Below, in pieces: positions 35,053-37,901 of a stretch of 37,901 nucleotides of DNA. The position numbers and the translations under genes are program-made. The stretch comes from Pseudomonadota bacterium. GTDB lineage: Bacteria > Pseudomonadota > Alphaproteobacteria > Caulobacterales > Hyphomonadaceae. The notes beneath the pieces are model-generated. The model saw only the letters and a program-made list of their open reading frames with translations, searched no databases and was not told the origin of the DNA. The stretch lies in assembly GCA_039188075.1 (NCBI GenBank), contig JBCCZH010000001.1, forward strand, positions 1 to 37,901, in the 5' to 3' direction. Each line of letters opens with the position of its first letter. Position 1 is the stretch's first letter.

Positions 35053-36600
35053 ATGCATCCGTCGCATCATGCGCAAACCCAACCGGACAAATCTGCTTAC
35101 ATCATGGCCGGCAGCGGTGAGACCGTCACCTTTGGCCAATTGGACCAGCGCTCGAACCAGATCGCGCACGCCTTTCGGGCGCTGGGGCTCAATCACGGCG
35201 ACACGCTCGCCATCTTTGCCGAGAACAGCCCGCGCTATTTCGAGATTTGCTGGGCCGCACAGCGCGCCGGGCTGTACTTTGTCTGCATCTCGTCCCGCCT
35301 GACCACGCCGGAAGTCGAATATATCATCAAAGATAGTGGCGCCCGCCTGTTGATCGCCTCGACGGGCCTGAAAGCGGTCGCGGAAGACGTCAAAGGCGTG
35401 ACCGAGCTTGACGGCTACTGGTCGATCGATGGCGAGATTGACGGCTATAAAGCCCTGGAAAGCGTACGCGCTGCGCACCCCGAAACCCCGATCGCGGATG
35501 AACGGGCGGGTTCTGACATGCTTTACTCATCCGGCACGACCGGGCGGCCAAAGGGCATTCGCCCCCCTCTGCCTGAAGACCCGGCGATTGATAGCACCAA
35601 TGCTTTGACCATGATCGCCCAGGCCCTGTTCAAAACCGTGCCAGAGGGAGTCTATCTATCGCCAGCACCGCTCTATCATGCCGCACCGCTGCGCTGGTGC
35701 ATGGCGATGACCAAGTTTGGCATGACCCTCATCATCATGGAGAAGTTTGACGCCGAGCATTACCTGTCGCTGATCGAGACGCATCAGGTCACGCATACGC
35801 AGCTGGTGCCAACCATGTTCGTAAAAATGCTGAAACTGCCCGAGGACGTTCGCGGCAAATATGATGTCTCCAGCCTCGTTGCCGCCGTCCATGCCGCCGC
35901 GCCCTGCCCGGTGCCGGTCAAGGAACAGATGATCGCGTGGTGGGGCCCGGTGATCGAGGAATATTATGCCGGCTCTGAGGGCAATGGCATGACCTGGGCC
36001 AATTCCGAGCAATGGCTGGCCCATAAAGGCACGGTCGGGTTCCCGATCTTCGGCGAGCTCCATGTTTGCGATGAAGAGGGCAATGAAGTCGGGGTCGGTG
36101 AAGAAGGCCAGATCTATTTTGGCGGCACCGCGCCGCCCAATTACCACAATGACCCGGAGAAGACCAAAGGCGCGCTCAACCCCAAACATGCGGATTGGTC
36201 ATCGCTCGGCGATGTCGGCAAGGTGGATGAAGATGGCTTCCTGTACCTCACCGATCGCAAGGCTTTCATGATCATTTCAGGCGGCGTGAACATCTATCCG
36301 CAGGAGGCCGAGAACATCCTGATCACGCACCCTTCGGTGGCCGACGTCGCCGTGATTGGCGTACCGGACGAAGACTTTGGCGAAGCCGTAAAGGCAGTGG
36401 TCCAGCCCATGGATGGGATTGAAGGCGATGACGCGCTCGCGGAAGATCTGCTGGCCTATTGCCGTGAGCGTCTGGCCAAGATCAAATGCCCGAAATCCGT
36501 CGACTTTGATCCGGCATTGCCGCGGCATCCGACTGGCAAGCTTTACAAGCGGCTCGTGCGCGATCGTTACTGGGGCAATAAGGACAGCCGCATCGTTTGA
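35053..36600 (+). CDS. Acyl-CoA synthetase (AMP-binding)
   Basis: YSSGTTGRPKG, YAGSEG, GDVG, DRK..IISGGVNIYP, TGKL. Confidence 0.94.
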   Translation: MHPSHHAQTQPDKSAYIMAGSGETVTFGQLDQRSNQIAHAFRALGLNHGDTLAIFAENSPRYFEICWAAQRAGLYFVCISSRLTTPEVEYIIKDSGARLLIASTGLKAVAEDVKGVTELDGYWSIDGEIDGYKALESVRAAHPETPIADERAGSDMLYSSGTTGRPKGIRPPLPEDPAIDSTNALTMIAQALFKTVPEGVYLSPAPLYHAAPLRWCMAMTKFGMTLIIMEKFDAEHYLSLIETHQVTHTQLVPTMFVKMLKLPEDVRGKYDVSSLVAAVHAAAPCPVPVKEQMIAWWGPVIEEYYAGSEGNGMTWANSEQWLAHKGTVGFPIFGELHVCDEEGNEVGVGEEGQIYFGGTAPPNYHNDPEKTKGALNPKHADWSSLGDVGKVDEDGFLYLTDRKAFMIISGGVNIYPQEAENILITHPSVADVAVIGVPDEDFGEAVKAVVQPMDGIEGDDALAEDLLAYCRERLAKIKCPKSVDFDPALPRHPTGKLYKRLVRDRYWGNKDSRIV

Positions 36601-36669
36601 GAATACGCTTGCACATGCAGGCGCTAACCGTCACTAATCATTGCAGAAACATATCTTTGGGAGGAATAA

Positions 36670-37125
36670 ATGGCAGATCCAAAATCCGTTCAATATACAG
36701 ACCTTGAAAGCCTGGTCGGGCAGACGCTTGGCCCCTCAGACTGGTTCGAAGTGGACCAAGCGCGCATCAATACGTTCGCAGATGCGACGGGCGACCACCA
36801 ATGGATCCATGTGAATGAAGAAATGGCCAAGCAAATGCTCGGCTCGACCATTGCGCATGGCTACCTGACCCTCTCACTGATCCCGATGTTTGGTCCGCAA
36901 GTCCTGCGCGTTGAGGGCGTCACACGCGGCATCAATTATGGTGCGAACAAGGTCCGCTTCACCAATATGGTTCCCGTCAACTCCAAGCTTCGCATGGTCC
37001 AGACCGTGAAGGAAGTAAACGAGAAGGCCGGTGGCAAGCAAATGATCTCGGAATGCACGATCGAGATTGAGGGCCAGGAACGCCCGGCCTGCGTCGCCGA
37101 GACGATTACCGTTCTCTACGGCTAG
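36670..37125 (+). CDS. MaoC family dehydratase
   Basis: FADATGDHQWIH, TIAHGYLTLSL, NYGANKVRF. Confidence 0.93.
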   Translation: MADPKSVQYTDLESLVGQTLGPSDWFEVDQARINTFADATGDHQWIHVNEEMAKQMLGSTIAHGYLTLSLIPMFGPQVLRVEGVTRGINYGANKVRFTNMVPVNSKLRMVQTVKEVNEKAGGKQMISECTIEIEGQERPACVAETITVLYG

Positions 37126-37137
37126 AATTGACCTATA

Positions 37138-37170
37138 TTGGGTGGGTCCTTTCACAAAGAGCCCACCCAA
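37138..37170. terminator. Stem-loop between the MaoC gene and msrB
   Basis: TTGGGTGGG/CCCACCCAA outer stem, CTTT-CAC-AAAG inner stem; no U-tract. Confidence 0.4.
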
Positions 37171-37179
37171 GAGCGTACC

Positions 37180-37590
37180 ATGCCTGACCTGATAAAAATC
37201 AAACGCACCAATGCAGAATGGCGCGATCTTCTGACGGCCGATCAATTTCGGGTCGGGGTCAAGGAAGGCACGGAGCGTGCGTTTTCACCGGGAAATTTTG
37301 AAAGCGAGAAACGCCCCGGCGTGTATCATTGCGTCGGCTGCGACACACCGCTCTGGTCATCAGAGCACAAGTTTGACAGCGGCACCGGCTGGCCCAGCTA
37401 TTGGCAACCCGTCGCTGATAATGTTGTTGAAACAAAGACAGATTTCAAACTGATCTATCCGCGCACGGAATGCCATTGTGCTGTTTGTGGCTTGCATATG
37501 GGGCACGTCTTCAATGACGGACCGCCACCAACCGGACAACGCTGGTGCATTAATGGCGTTGTGCTGACCTTTAGACCCAAAGAAGATTAA
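37180..37590 (+). CDS. msrB: Methionine-R-sulfoxide reductase
   Basis: GTERAF, CVGC, KFDSGTGWPS, CAVC, GHVFNDGP, RWCING. Confidence 0.96.
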   Translation: MPDLIKIKRTNAEWRDLLTADQFRVGVKEGTERAFSPGNFESEKRPGVYHCVGCDTPLWSSEHKFDSGTGWPSYWQPVADNVVETKTDFKLIYPRTECHCAVCGLHMGHVFNDGPPPTGQRWCINGVVLTFRPKED

Positions 37591-37657
37591 ACGACCCGCT
37601 GGACATCACGAGGGACATGGTTAATTTGCCGCTATTCGATAAATAGCGGAGCCATTG

Positions 37658-37901
37658 ATGCGTTTGACCTCTCTCCTGGCCGGTGCGGCCAGTCTCGCCC
37701 TGATGACCGGTTGTGTTTCGACCGCGAATATTGAAACCGAACCCGTCATTGCAGACGCCTCCCCTGTCACTGAAGAAGCCGAGGACGCCATTGTGAAGTT
37801 AACCCCGCCTGTCGCCAAGCGCGAGTTGAAGACGATTGAACAAGTCGGCCGGACGCGCGTGGATCCTTACAATTGGATGAAGGATGATAATTGGCAGCAA
37901 G
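37658..37901 (+). CDS. ptrB: S9 family oligopeptidase B-like lipoprotein, N-terminal part (runs off window)
   Basis: MRLTSLLAGAASLALMTGC lipobox; PPVAKR..GRTRVDPYNWMKD. Confidence 0.75.
   Translation, partial: MRLTSLLAGAASLALMTGCVSTANIETEPVIADASPVTEEAEDAIVKLTPPVAKRELKTIEQVGRTRVDPYNWMKDDNWQQ

Noticed and set aside
1-37901. CRISPR array, rRNA, IS transposase, integron integrase, second copy of the tRNA 3' end
   Set aside because: None seen by eye; the phased repeats are too short for CRISPR and no cas genes are present

Overview
Alphaproteobacterial chromosome segment; the housekeeping genes suggest Hyphomonadaceae/Caulobacterales (inference). Bases 1 to ~23,263 are the right part of an integrative conjugative element (ICE) with an ICEMlSym/Tn4371-like backbone, inserted at the 3' end of tRNA-Leu(GAG) (23264-23348, minus strand). 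It carries a tyrosine integrase, trbBCDEJLFGI-DUF2274-DUF736, an in-frame FseA-like activator, rdfS-traF-oriT-rlxS, and a cargo region that runs off the left edge. The remainder is core genome: lipB, two DUF805 genes, an acyl-CoA carboxylase alpha subunit, BLUF, map, radC, two MFS genes, thrB, acyl-CoA synthetase, MaoC, msrB and partial ptrB. The main non-annotated signals are: (1) related 28-29 bp imperfect palindromes between cargo modules, suggesting a gene-cassette array; (2) six TTGC motifs at exact 10-bp phase in the fseA/trbB divergent promoter; (3) two large hairpins folding on the predicted transferred strand ahead of leading-region genes; (4) FseA fused in frame with a relic of the frameshift motif; (5) no coupling protein, trbK or lytic transglycosylase in their usual positions. 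All family assignments come from motif recognition by eye; no searches were run.
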